Below are positions 27,990 through 41,164 of a stretch of 64,000 nt of DNA, in pieces. The notes under the pieces were generated by a model. It did no database searches. It saw only the letters and a list, made by a program, of their open reading frames with translations, and was not told the DNA's origin. The first letter of the stretch is position 1; the number at the start of each line of letters is the position of its first letter. The stretch lies in assembly GCA_030141605.1 (NCBI GenBank), contig JAQGDQ010000327.1:124001-188000 (forward strand). The letters are read 5' to 3'. This stretch comes from Tubiluchus corallicola. Its lineage: Eukaryota; Animalia; Priapulida. The translations under genes and the position numbers were made by a program.

Positions 27990-29367
27990 TATCACTTTTT
28001 CTTTTTTCTGATCGTATAGTATTTAAGTGATTTGTTATCTATATAGATTGTATAATAATTTAATCGATTCGCTTTTTACTTATTGATTGCTACAAGGTGA
28101 ATTTATCACCCGACTCCGAGGGCTTTAGATGAGTCTATCGGGCAATAATTTTGTCCCTCAAGACTGACACTTCGACCTCGCGTTGTGAGTAAGGTCTTTT
28201 TCCTTAAAGCTATCTAGCGTTGCTTCCGCAATTGAGCTTCAGTTAATTAATGCAATGCGAATCTACAGGATCGTATGTCGGATTTATTGTTGCTTAACTT
28301 TGAACACTTTAAAGCATACATGAACTCATTAGTTACATGTCAAAGTGAATCAGCTTTATTGGTTTACAGAGTTTACTTCTATCTAGGTAGCTGCACAAGA
28401 TTTGTCCTTACACGCTTGTGGGCGTTTACAACTAATGTATAGCTCCAAGAAGATACTCAAGCAATTCACTTAACAACTATCCAATGTCGCACTTAAGGTG
28501 CTTAATACAATACAATGTGAACTACAGTTATGCAGAGTTACTCTCAGTTACAAATGCGTTAAGATTACTTAACTCGGTGGAATGACCACAATGCAGCTCG
28601 TACACTTGGTCAACTCCAATGGTATTGTGAGACTTTCGTTGATCCAGTGCCCAGTCGATTTGTTGAGGACGTAGAACTTTCCACGCTGGTGTCAAACGAT
28701 ATGGTCTCAGCTCCCTGTCAGATCCTCTGTGTCGCCTCTCTCTGGCTCCTGACTCGCTCCTGACTCTCAATGACCGCTGACTCCTGACTCTCAATGACCG
28801 CTGACTAACGCCTCGTGTTCCCAACTCAGAGCTTATATCCCGAAGAGCTTGGCCTTGCGAAATTCGCGCCAAACGCAATCAGGCGACAGGTGATATCCCT
28901 GGAATACCCTGGTATCCCCTGCCGGGCGATTTATGGTCGGCAAGGTGGCCTTCGAGTTTTTCTGCTCCTTGGGAAAGATCCCAATTATCGGCGATTCTTC
29001 AGAACCTCTTCGCTTGGCGTCTTCGAGCGCCGATACAAGCTTGGCGTCTTCAAGCGCCGATACCAGCTTGGCGTCGGCCATAAAATTCTCTTCCAAAGAA
29101 ATTTGCCTATTGCGACTTTTTTGTTAATTAAGTGCAACTCTGCATAAGGCTATAAAGAACGATTATGTCCTCACTGAACAGATGCCTGTTTACTCTCAGC
29201 AAACGATAAAAAAACACCTCTGTGGAATAATTTGCTTCTCATTAAATCCGTGCTTACCAGCTGGATGAGTTCCTCTATTAATCAATAAATTTATCTTATC
29301 AAATCATCAAATCAGGGAGGCATACATTTTATCTCCAAATTATCGATTCATAAATTTATTCACGACA
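27990..29367 (-). mobile_element. Long solo LTR, copy 1, inserted in the Gypsy gag-protease linker
   Basis: 4-bp TSD CACT (27986-27989 and 29368-29371). Homologous along its length to 56393-57980. The host frame ...NNSAV|HNVQVSVLSDSEIEEQHAF is restored on excision. Confidence 0.85.
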
Positions 29368-30063
29368 CACTGCACTGTTGTTCTTTTCTGTTTGTGAGCG
29401 TTTATTTGGTTGTTTAGTTCTTCTTTTGCGTACTTTTGTAAAATGTCCTTGTTTGCCGCATTTGTAACATTTTACTTCTCTGGCTGGACATTTTTTCATC
29501 ACTTCATTGTGGGGCAAACCGCCCTCCACAGTGGTTTCACTTTTCTTTTGTGCAATTCGCACACTGTGATGTTCATTGTTCTGTGACAACTCGTTTTGGG
29601 GTCTTCTGTTCACATGGTTCATTTCTGTGGTAGCGCCAGGTAAGCTACGTTCTTTCAGATCAACAGTTGGGCTTCGGACGCTTCAAGGGACCGTGCTTCT
29701 TTTAAGATTTCAGTTAGTGTCTATGTGGGGTTCTTTAGTTGCAGTGTTCGCTAAATCTGCGTCACAATTGAATGGCTGTATTTGCATAGTTTGACTGCAG
29801 CTAAATGATGTTACACTTACAGAGTTGTTTTTCGTAGGACTACTATGTGAGAATCATTGATTTCTACCTTTGCAATTTTTACTCTGTTTATCTGGCTAGC
29901 ATTACTTTGGTTCACATCCGATCATTGTCGCCAAAAGTAGTAGATACAAACGACTAAAACCAATATAATTAATTAATGTACAAAACACTTTAATGCGGGA
30001 AGCCAATACCCCCAAAAACTTCGGTGTATGGCAATGCACAAGTGACAACCCAGAATCTGATTG

Positions 30064-30650
30064 CTAACATTTGCCAATAAAGACTATGCAAAGCGTTGTT
30101 GCACTGTCATATTTTGTGACACCTGTTGCAACTTTGGCAGCCCAGTATTGTACCATTTGCATTGGCTTCCAGGTGCACTCTGGGAGTCCAAAAAACAATG
30201 AGTTTGCATAATCAAAGTTTGATAAAACAAGCGAAGACATGATGCATTGCATAGAATCCTTAATTGCATAAAATACTTTCTTAATTTTGTAATTCGATGT
30301 AAGTTACCCGTTGCCTTTTCACACTTAGAATGTACATGGGCTTTAAAATTTGAATAACCATACAACTTTGCTGATCTTTCAGGTTTTATAAAAAATAAGG
30401 GTCCCAGAATGCTCAGTTGTGGTACAGAATAATCGAAGACTGTTGGATAAGATAATGCAGTATTAACATGAACTTGAAAAGACCTGTTATCCACTTTCGC
30501 ACAGTGCCAAAGAGCCAAGTCTCCTTTGAAGTACATTGCGTAAGATTTTATGGTTTACCGTGTTGAATGCGACTGTCACGTGCAAAGCAATCACAGATGT
30601 GACTTTTCCCTGTTGCATACCTTGCATCAGTCAGTCTTAATAAAGTAGTT
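30064..30650 (-). mobile_element. L2-like LINE fragment, right of the Gypsy element
   Basis: VPQLSILGPLFF and SLVLSNFDYANSLFFGLP..MQMVQYWAAKVATGVTKYDSATT are L2-clade ORF2 motifs. Confidence 0.85.
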
Positions 30651-30844
30651 TCCGCTGAGTAATTTGCTCGATAGTAATTGCGGTTAGAGTGTGAACAGGA
30701 CTCAAATTGTGGGTCTAGCAGTGCAGTTAGTTCAGTCTCAGAAAAGGTTAACCCTCCCCCGTCGAAGTGCAGTCTTCACCATAAAAAAGGTTACTGAATG
30801 GATTCACAGTTCTGACATGGCTCAAGGAATGACGTAAACAGTGG

Positions 30845-30922
30845 AACCAAAGCAGGCTTATGCAACATTGGCGACTAATGATAAATATGCAATCGGAGCG
30901 CTTGTAACTCTGGTAACTCGAT
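30845..30922 (+). pseudogene. GYG: Glycogenin N-terminal fragment embedded in BEL/Pao gag
   Basis: KQAYATLATNDKYAIGALV, followed one base out of frame by GGT AAC TCG (GNS), matches the glycogenin N-terminus (human GYG1 [24 protein letters not shown]). Confidence 0.7.
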
Positions 30923-33900
30923 CATTGCTAAAGAAGATTAATGATTGGAACTGCATTAAAGCCCATGAACATGAAAAACGTCGGGAATTTTCAGACCTAA
31001 TTATTGGCTGTTTAGAAACTCTTAAATCAATGAACAATTTATGCGAAATTAAGGCTCAAGCCAGTCTTGTTCAAGTAGTCAGAAGACTGCCCTTTAGATT
31101 TCAAGAAAAATGGAGAGATACTGTAAACAAAATTGCTGAATCAGCGGAGAGAAACCCAGATATCTTTAACCTAGTTGATTTCGTTAAAGATGCGGCATAC
31201 CGTGTAAACCATCCACTCTTTGGTGACATGTTTGAAAGTAGGGAAAGACGGGGTAACACGGCCAAGATTTTTGCTGCAGCAATTAAATCTCTGGTAAAAA
31301 CTCCAAACCTTGGCAATGTTGGTGAGGCGTAATATGGCTGCCAAAAATGCAAAAGGAAGCAATTCCGTAAAAAAATTGCCCTTTTTGTAAGTCACATGAT
31401 CATTTTTTGGCATCTCAGTGTAATAAATTTAAAGCCTTGGGAGAAGAAGAAAGACTGAAATGTGTTAGAAGAGAACGATTGTGTTTCAATTGCCTTATTA
31501 AAGGGCGTCATTTTGCCACAAACGTGGATGCGATCTCGGTGGGTGTGGCGTAAACATTCCACTTTGCTGCATAATGCCATGAATAGCTGGATGGCTTCAC
31601 GAGAAGAGAACAGATGTGGTCAAGTTGATGCGGAAATAGAGGCAACAACTTAGATGCGCGTTTGTAAGCAAACTGATGCGCCAATGTAGACAGCAAGGAA
31701 GCCAAGAAGATCGCGCTTCCAGTGGTAGTTGTTCAAGTCCAGGTTAAGGGGAGAAGTCCAGTTACAACGCTAGCACATTTAGACCCCAGCTCCACTAATA
31801 CATTTTATTCCCGGGCGCTGTATGATTCTCAGGCAACTAAGGGAAGAATAGATGTACTCGTGTTAACTACAATGCAGAAAAAGTGTGCAAGGCTTGATAC
31901 AACAGTGACATGCTTCACTGTAACTGATGTCACTGGATATGATAATTTTCTGCCGTGCGTGTTTGTGAGACCAGCATTGATGTTAGACACTCAAGGCCTA
32001 GCTACTAAGCGTGATATTGAAAATTGGGACCACTTAAAGGGTCTGGAGTCGTACTTGGCTGACTGCAAGACGAAAGGAGATCTAGAGATTGGACAAGGTG
32101 TTATAGACGCACTTATTCCCTTTGAAGTTAAAAGTGGATGAAGGAATGCACCGTACGCGCTGTTAAATCAAGATTAGGATGGTCATTAAATGGCCTACAG
32201 TGGGAGCACAAATAATTTTGCAACAATGGTGAGCCACAATTACAGCTTACATGTGAATCAGTCAGCTAATCAAGAAGACATACTATATAAACCAGTGGAA
32301 AATTCTGAATGATCGAAGCCAATCTGGATGAATATAAAAATGTCACGTAACGATATGAGGGCTATTAACGCAGAGCTCAATAACGCATCGCGATGGACAT
32401 TATGAATAGGAGATTCCTGTGGAAAGTATGCGTAACGATTTACACAATAGTTACGATATGGCACTTCAACGGATGAACGGGTAAAAAACAAGACTTGGTA
32501 AAAAAACCCTGCTGCACACTAAATATGTCGATGCCATGAATGACTTATCGCATGAAAAATATGCTGAGGTAGTCAATAAAGAATGTGATGAGGTGGACGG
32601 ACGCATGATACGGTACTGCCACACGTCCCGGTGTTCAACGAGAATAAGCCTGAAAAAACACGACCAATGTTTTATTTTGCGGCCACCTGCGATGGAGAAT
32701 CACCTAATTCTCTTATATTGAAAGGCCCAGATCTCGCGAACAGGCGTGTTGCTTCGTTTTGGGCAGAAGCCAGTGGCTGTGATGGCAGATATTTGCGAAA
32801 TGTTCCATCAAGTGTTTGTGGCACCCAAAAACAGAGACCTACTTCGTTTTTGTGGTGGTCAAAAAGCTTTAGATCAGCATTTGCAAACGTTTAGAATGAC
32901 TGTTCATGTATTCGGTTGAGTATGGTCGCCGAGCGTGGCTTCATTTGCAGTTAACAGAACGACGCTTGACAATGCCAGTTATTTTAATTCAGATGTAGCA
33001 GACACCCTTTCTGAACAATTTCTACATTGATGATTGTCTCAAGTCTTTGGACACAGTTGACAAAGCCATAGAACTCATCCAACAATTACGTGAACTTTCA
33101 ACCAGCGATGGATTTTGTTTTAATAAGTGGATGAACAATGATCGAAGAGTAATTGCCACTGTTCCAACAGATCACAGAGGAAGGGCTGTAAAAAACCTAA
33201 ATCTAGACCATGATTTGTTGCCTGATGAGAAAGCACTCGGAGTGAAATGCGAAGAGGAGACTGACAAATTTGGAGTGAAGGTCAAGGATAAAACAAAAAC
33301 CACGTGCCAACCGTGGCCTCCTAAGTTCTCTAGCTCTAATCTACGATCAAACGGGAATGGTAAATCTACATGTAGTACAAGATAAGTTATTATTTCAAGA
33401 AGAATGTCGAAATAAAAGAAGTTATGGGATGCTAACCTGGAGCCAAGTATGGAAAAGCGATGGTTGAAGTGGAAAAGTGAAGGTCATCTCTTGGAAAACT
33501 GCTACCTTGATCGTTGTATTATTCCAACCAATTTTGGCAGAATTATTTCCACGCAGCTACGCCATTTCTGTGATGCGTCTCAGGCATCATATGGTGCAGT
33601 TATATTATATACAAACATTCATACAGCCTCCTTGTTGGCAAAGTCAAGGTTAGCGCCAATGAAGAGCATTACGGTTCTTCGCTTGGAACTATGGACGGAC
33701 AGCGTTATTGTTATCCATTACGATAGAAATATGACTAGACGATTTCAAACATTTGTTCAATGGTCGATTTTGGAGGAGTCAGCTTCAGCACAGCGGCATT
33801 ATGACAGTTCGTCAGACAACTGTGCTGATGTTATTTCACGGAGATTAGATTCACCTTTGTTTATTGGCATCCAAAACCTGGGTAAACGGTCCTCAATTTT

Positions 33901-34131
33901 TGCGCAAGGAGCAAAACTATTGGCCAATGATGGACATTTCCAACGAACCAGACAAGCTGAAAGATGACAAAGAAATTAAAAAATCTATTGCGGCACATGC
34001 AATGGAATTCATATCAACTTCTGAAGGGGTTACAAATCAGTTAGTAAACCATTACTCGTCATTCTAGAAGCTTAAAAATGCTGTGGCATGGAAGCTACGC
34101 ATTAAGCAGACACTGCACGAAAAAGTATTAA

Positions 34132-36854
34132 GAACAAGTCCGCGAGAGCACCATGCAGGGGGTGGCACATGAGGTGTGACGAATTTATATCATTTTTTTC
34201 TAACACGAAGGGCGACCCCCCAAAACCATGTAACCAAGATATCAAATCGATCGAGCTACTATTGGCAGAGAAATGACCACATAAAGAAATTGACCACGAA
34301 AGAAGCAAAACATCGCTATTTTGGGGGGTTATTTTAACTTTTTCTCCTGTATAAACTATTATAGATGGGTCGATGTAAGTTGGCTGGTACATAGACCCAG
34401 ACATTGTCTTCTGATATCCTAACTTTTTCTGACATACTATTAATAGTATCAGAGAACGGGATTTTTCAAATTCGGCTCTTTGTTAAGAGTCCCGGGAGAG
34501 GTTAAGTTGTAAGGCTCATAACTCGCCCACTGCGGGGCTACAGAACTTCTGGTTTTCATGCATGTGTTAACCATGATGCTCACTAATAATATAAAAAAGA
34601 AAATTCGCTGGAGCCTGTTTCAGTATTTAGTACTGGCACTTTAAAATTTCACAAAAATCAGCAAAATTCGCTTTTTTTGTAGTTTTTCAATATTTTTTTC
34701 TATCTATATGCTGGATTATAAGTGACAAATCTGTATTCTAAATTTCATGAAAACGCACGAGCTGAGATAATATCATGAATGACATTATATAGAGGGGGCA
34801 CTGTTATAAAAAATTGCCATATCAACACACTTTTTTACTTTCCATAGTAATTCCGTCCATGTGTAAAAAGCAGACATACTTGGCTCAGGTCGTATATGAC
34901 AGTAGACATTTAGCCACGTTTAACCTGCATTTTCTGTGACTAGTGCTCTAATTTCCTAGTAGCAATAGATTACTTTGCCATGGAAATTGCTAGAAATTTG
35001 CGAATTTCATCTTAAATTGATTTAGTTATGTCTAAATTTTCATATGACTACAAATATGAATAATTGCCTCTTCTGGTGGATTTCAGGACAGGACATCATG
35101 CATGCCCCTAGTACTGAATCGCTAGCGGATACCAGGAAAGACTAAACAATACGCCCTCTAATAGAAAAGAAGTACCGATTGTTAAGATTGAGAGTCATTG
35201 CTAGCGAAAGAATCTGACAACACTTGGTATATACATATAAAATAGAAATCCGTTCATTTTTATACATCCGTTCATTTCTTATACTTTTTATATGAATAAG
35301 CTACATGGCTATACATAGAAGATTATGAATATCAGTACAAAAATGAAAAACTACAAAACTCAGTCAGAATTAATTTTTCTAAGTCCAAAATACTGTTCAT
35401 ATTGTAGCAGCATAAACCTATCACTCAAGAGTAGTACAAGTAATCAAAACCATAATATCTAAATAATAGAGAAAGAATTATCGATGCAGGTAGATTATCC
35501 CTAGAAGATAGATACAGAAATATAGACAAATATATCATGGGGAAAGTAATAAAGTGAAAATCTTACAGTCTAAACATGAGACAATATATGCGCATGGGCC
35601 CTTCTACTGGGATGGTGGTGATATTTAGCTCAGAAAATTTTTCTTCGTCCAAAATTTATGTGTGGCACAAAATCGATACTTCTGACAAAAAATATTAATA
35701 GTGCGATTGAATGATTGCGCCAATGGCACAAAAATTTTCGATGTTTTACAGTCAAAAAGCACCGGACAAATGATATTTTGGGGGAAGTCTGTCCTATATT
35801 TTTTGGGCATTCACTCAGATTTAGGGCAATTTTCTTTGTGTCCTGGCTTGTACGCCTATGTAAGACAATGAGTAATAACTAGGTAATAACCTGTACGTAG
35901 CATTTACAAAGCATAGAAAATAAACAGTACATAAAACTATTTCCAGTCCTTGCAAGAAGCAATCTCCATTCCGTAGATATTTCATTTTTTTGAAGATGGA
36001 GGCGCTCTAAATGCGGTCCAGTGCTTTAGTACAGGCTAATAGATTCACAATAATCGTTTCGTGCGGATAACTAGTCAGAATACCGCATTTAACGCTGGTA
36101 AACAGCGCAGAAAACGAACATTTTAGTTCAGCAGTGGCCGCCATCTTGAATGCTGGAGTCCAATCCTGTCGGTAGTTTAACAAATGTGCTGACCAGGCCC
36201 CTAGTTGCCAAAGATGAATATTTATGACGTTTTGAAGTATTTTAACAAGATTTGACAACTCATGTTTATCTACACGAAGCTTTTTGATGAAGGTTGTTAC
36301 CTATATTTTCACCCTGATATATGCCTCTTTCAGAGGTCATTTATAATAGGGTGGAAATTCGCTCCATCGAAATTGTCACTACAGCATAGTGGGATGGGAT
36401 GCTCTATTCACATACATATCGATATTTTTGTCCCCGCCCCCGCAGTGGATGAGATATAAGACTTTGAAATGACTGAGTATTTGCATCTTGTGCGTAATGT
36501 GAGCTTAAAGACCCCCCAGTAGAGCCGAAAGAGGGGGGTTTGGGACAAAAGTCGAAATGTCATTTTGGAGAAGATAACAAGATCCAATACTGTGCAGAGT
36601 CAGATCTATTCAAACTCAGTGGTTGCTGCATGGCTAATCCTTCAAATATGAGTAAAAAATAGAGAAAAATAGGTATTTTTTCATGAAAATCGGCCTATGC
36701 CGTACCTCTGCTACTACGAGGAGTTGGACCAAACGGATTCGCATAGTGAATGCTAGTGACTAGTGGACCTCATACCCGAACTTTGGTCCGAATCGGTTAC
36801 CTAGCCTTGTGCCGGAATTTTTCGATTTTGCATGGTCTTCTCGCGGACGCGTTC
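34132..36854. mobile_element. Kolobok-like TTAA DNA element inserted in BEL/Pao pol
   Basis: TTAA at 34128-34131 and 36855-36858; TIRs GAACAAGTCCGCGAGAGCACCATGCA and GAACGCGTCCGCGAGAAGACCATGCA. BEL coding sequence resumes on both sides. Confidence 0.85.
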
Positions 36855-37119
36855 TTAAAGGGCAATGTATTATTTGGCCTAAATACCTGACAGTCGACGA
36901 GCTTAATAAAGCTGGACAAGTGATTATTAAAAGCATACATACACAATATTTCGAATGCTAAATGAAAGTACACCGCGACAAAAAGGGTAGTATTGTTAGA
37001 GCGAGCCTTTTATACAAACTTGATCCCTTAATAGATTCTACGTGAATTTTGCGTGTAGGCGAAAAGTCCGATCATTTTGCCTAAGCAGCACCCGAGCCAA
37101 TTTATTAAATGATTATTTT

Positions 37120-39320
37120 ATATCGATTACAGCTATAGATACAACAGCCTTATCCTTACCAGGACAATAAAAAATCATGAAATAACTTCACTTGAAAAAT
37201 ATTTTTGTTCATTTGAAGAGGTAAAAGAAATAATTAAAAATTTGAATCCTAATAAAGCGTATGGATACGATGATGTCACAACACAAATGCTTCAGACTGT
37301 TACCCCTTTCATTTCAGACAGCCTTAGTTCAGTAATTTGTTAGTCGTTTCAACTTGGTCAGTTTCCTGACAAGCTGAAAAAAGCCAACGTTATGCCACTG
37401 CATAAATCAGGCCCCAAAAATGATAAAAATAATTACCGTTCGATATCACTATTGCCAGTAATATCAAATTTTTTTGAGAAAGTTGTATTTAAACGTATGT
37501 ACTAATTTCTAGCTGAAACTAATTTTTTTACTAAATATCAATCAGGATTTCGGCCTCTTGACTCCTCTACATACCAGTTAATTGACAGTGTCCACTTATA
37601 TTTACAGTAAACTCAGTAATCTGAAGAAGTAATAAAAGTATATCTAGACATATCTAAAGCATTCGATCGCGTATGGCACGACGGGCTAATATTTAAGCTA
37701 CAAAAGGTAGGAATTAGAGGACCATTACTGCAATGGTTATGCAATTATTTAGAAAGTCCACCGCAGAGAGTAGTAATCGAAGGTTCTACATCTGGATGAA
37801 AACAAATCAGGGCCAGTGTTCTTCAAGGCTCCATTTTAGGACCATTACTTTTTTAGTATTTATTAATGACATTGCTGACAACTTGGAAAATATAGTGCAA
37901 TATGCGTTTTAGCGTTGAAAGTTTAAATCGAGATTTAGACAAAATTAAAAACTGGTGTTCTACTTGGGGAGTTACAATAAATATCGAAAAAACAAAGTCA
38001 ATTTATATTCACGTAAAAGATTACCATCATTAAACGGTGTCGTTTTTGGTAATTCTGAAGTTGAAATGGTTAATACAGTCGAACATCTAGGATTAATATT
38101 CGATTACGCGCTTAACTGGAACTTCCATGTTAATTATGTTGAAAAAAGCCAACAAAATACTTCGTTCACTTTATTTATTCAAATTCAAGACAACTACGTA
38201 TAATTTGGCCATTTTTATAAACCATTTGAAAGACCAATAATTGAATACGGGATTGTAAATTGGTCAAACTGTACTACAGCAAATTTTTTGAAAATAAAAA
38301 GAATTCAATGCCGTGCTATGCTAATATTCGGTGCTATGAAAGGCACCAGCCAAATAAACCTTAATCAATTACTCGGTCTTCCCTCTTTAAAAGCGAGGGG
38401 TGAACTCCTTATAGTTCAAACAATCCAAAAAATATTTTATCATCAAGCTCCAGTTTACTTAAATGAAACAATAAATGAATTTCGCCGAAATGTAGAATAT
38501 TATCCCACCCGTGATCCATCTCGTCTAAAAATTTCAAGATAATTGTATAACAGTTTTTTCAAAAAGGCATAAGAATTTGGAACTCTTTACCCAAAGGTTT
38601 TAGAGAAACATACACTTGCAAAAATTTCGTCCAGAAACAAAAGACTTACCTTTTGGAATCTTCCCACAAAAATATTATGTCGTCGATACAATAATGATCG
38701 GGCTAACGAAATATTTACCAATAGATGTATTACAATTTTTTTTCAGTTAAAAGGTGACCTTTTTATCAAAAACTTAACTGACGATCCCAAATGTATCTGA
38801 GATTTTATGGAAAGTTATTACTTTTTCGAATGCGTAAAATATGATAGAGCTAGAACGGTATTATTAGACGACCTACTCGAGAACGGGATCGTAACACGTG
38901 AATCCTTACAGAATTATAATCCTGTAGTATTAAACACAATTATACAGAAACATATTCGAAAAATTCAAAACTGGTCACTCATCTTGCTTTTATCCATTGT
39001 TTATTACAGCTGTTTATTAAATCAACCATTCGCTTCACAGTATGAATTTAATGTTAAATGATTAATCAACCAACTTGCTTTGTAAATGTATTTTTATTTT
39101 GACTGTTGTTGTTAAAATATTGCGTTTATAGAGATTATGTATGTAAGTTTAATCATCATCTGTAGTCGAATCAAATGTTTTATTGAATCGAGTGTGATAA
39201 GTATTACTTGTGATGCGCATTTTTCTTTTATTAGCACTTTGTACTCAGCACTTGCACCGTGGAGATACCTGTATCAGACGCAGTCTATTATGTAAGTCCA
39301 CTATTAACAAATAATAATAA
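37120..39320 (+). mobile_element. CR1-clade LINE, 5'-truncated and decayed
   Basis: KNLNPNKAYGYDD, KANVMPLHK, NYRSISLLP, QSGFRP, LDISKAFDRVWHDGL, QGSILGPLL and EHLGLIFD; (AAT) tail near 39310. Confidence 0.92.
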
Positions 39321-40540
39321 TAGTAGTTTAAACTAAACTAAAATAAACTATAAGAAAAGAATAAAATGTACACTCCTAAAATCACAATACTCGTCAATCG
39401 ACACGATTTCGACAAACCATCAAATATGGAATTCATTTTCACGAAACAGTAAATATCTCTTATACTTCTTATAGTCCTTTTTTGTGCACTGATTTGACTT
39501 GATTTCTGATTATGTTCTTTACGGGCTTATGCTCTGCACGTTATGTGTTTTGATTATGTTAATTATTACCTAAAATATGACGCATTTGCCTAAGTGCTAT
39601 CAATCCAGTCATAATTGTGACTGACTGGTATGCTGCTTCCATCCGTGGACGCAACCTACAATTACATACATTGTGCCCCAAGTGCATGTATTGTTTTAAT
39701 GTTGGTGGATAAAGATTTTATCTGTCTGTCTATCTACCTGGTTTCAGGAATAATTCTTCACGGCCTCCACACAGATGCAGGTTTCAAAGCAATCGTTATT
39801 TAACTGCAACAGTTAGAAGCAGCGATAATTATTGGTGCATGCCCGAAACGTTTCCTGTTCAAAATTACTGGTGGAAAACAAGTTATTGTTTGCAACACAA
39901 ATTACTGTCTGTGTTGTGGTATAATCCGAATGATTATGGTTCAGTTATTGCCTGTAGCACGCATTTAGTTTTTGGAAATAGAAGTATTAAACTTTACGAA
40001 ATTAGTTTAGGTTTTTAACCTGTTTTACTTTCTTTGCGAGGACGTGTTACATATTCCATGGTCCTACAAAATTATGGCTAGCCACTCTTGGTCAGCCAGT
40101 GTGTTGTGACGTAACTGTTTAAAATACCCAAAAAAACGATTCGACGTTCTGAGCCGGAAACAAGCAGTTTGGAGATTTAGGCTAAATTAAATTCTGTTAC
40201 GATTAGATTTTTTTTGTCATGCACAGTTTTCTATTACTTACTGGTTTTATTGATGATTCATGTAATTTTGAGTTATGTTCCTGTCATATTTTCACATAAT
40301 GCTAACATAAACTTAACAAAAGTGGAAAAAGCTGTGATTTTAATAGTTATAACACATAGTACTGCATATGTTAAATTTAGTGAAACGATCTTAAAAAGTA
40401 TTATGCATAATGTATTTATTCATACATAAATTGTCGACTTTGAGTTGAGAGGTAATAATTATATTGTAAGAGTTGGAAAGATAATGAACCATTAAAATTT
40501 TAATAAACAAAAAATAATAAAATAGGTATATTTTATTGGT

Positions 40541-40637
40541 GCCCAAATGTGTCGTGCCAAACTGTCTCTGTGTCCAAATGTCCCGTGCCCAAGTGTCGCG
40601 TGTCCAAATATCTCGTCCCCGAATATCACGTACCCCA
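40541..40637. repeat. Six approximately 15-bp subterminal-type repeats (MITE end)
   Basis: Units resembling gcccaaatgtcccgt, six times, ending ...cacgtacccc. Confidence 0.6.
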
Positions 40638-41164
40638 CTAAGTAGTCCTTGCCATTATTACTGAAAACTGCTTGCAGAACCTCGAACTGTATCATACATT
40701 TGGCGTCATTTTTGCCGTAGAGAAAAGATATGATAAAATGCATAAGTCTACATACAACTTGCCTTAATACAATAATTATGTACTTTAAACTAACGGAGAT
40801 TTTGCGTTAAGACAACCTGTCAAGATAAACTTTTTCTATAAACCTTGTAGAGCGGGGCAAGTAAATATTGTACGACAAGAACAAGATGGCATACACGATT
40901 AGCACGTACATAGTAACATTCTTGCAACTGCAATTAATAAATAGTGTTGCTATAAATCGCGAGGAAATTTTAAAATATAACAGAAAGGTATGTAGAATAT
41001 TTTCGTAGTCTAAACAGGCAATTTGTGAAGAATAGTTTACCTTGTAATCAGACCGACAATTACAAGTTTAGTTTTAGGCTTGTTTAAGCTGATTTTGTGT
41101 TATTGTGTTGTACTGCATTGTATTGTATTGTTTGAAAGGCAATGCAAAATAGCAAAGATGAGTA

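Larger units (their letters stand above)
21689..30060 (-). mobile_element. Decayed Ty3/Gypsy LTR retrotransposon carrying nested insertions
   Basis: 3' LTR 21689-21836 (TGTAGTAG...CTACTACA) with PPT aaagaaaagaggaa; homologous partial 5' LTR at about 29935-30060 with PBS TGGCGAC (29927-29933). Gag knuckle CYKCGKQGHF, protease VKFLID, RT 26864-27640, integrase AHEGHLG..CLACQ and PPGPWQEISIDYWGP..DYSRYP. Confidence 0.92.
30680..37080 (+). mobile_element. Decayed BEL/Pao LTR retrotransposon (gag-PR-RT-RNase H), split by a DNA element
   Basis: Gag VVRRLPFRFQEKW..FVKDAAYRVNHPLFG, knuckle CFNCLIKGRH, protease AHLDPSSTNTF, RT FYIDDCL (about 33020), RNase H HFCDASQASYG and AKSRLAP. Resumes after 36858 as LTVDELNKAGQVIIK..YKLDP. 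Confidence 0.9.

Noticed and set aside
35596-36525. Possible inner TIR pair (ctactggg / cccagtag)
   Set aside because: The match is too short and no TSD was found.
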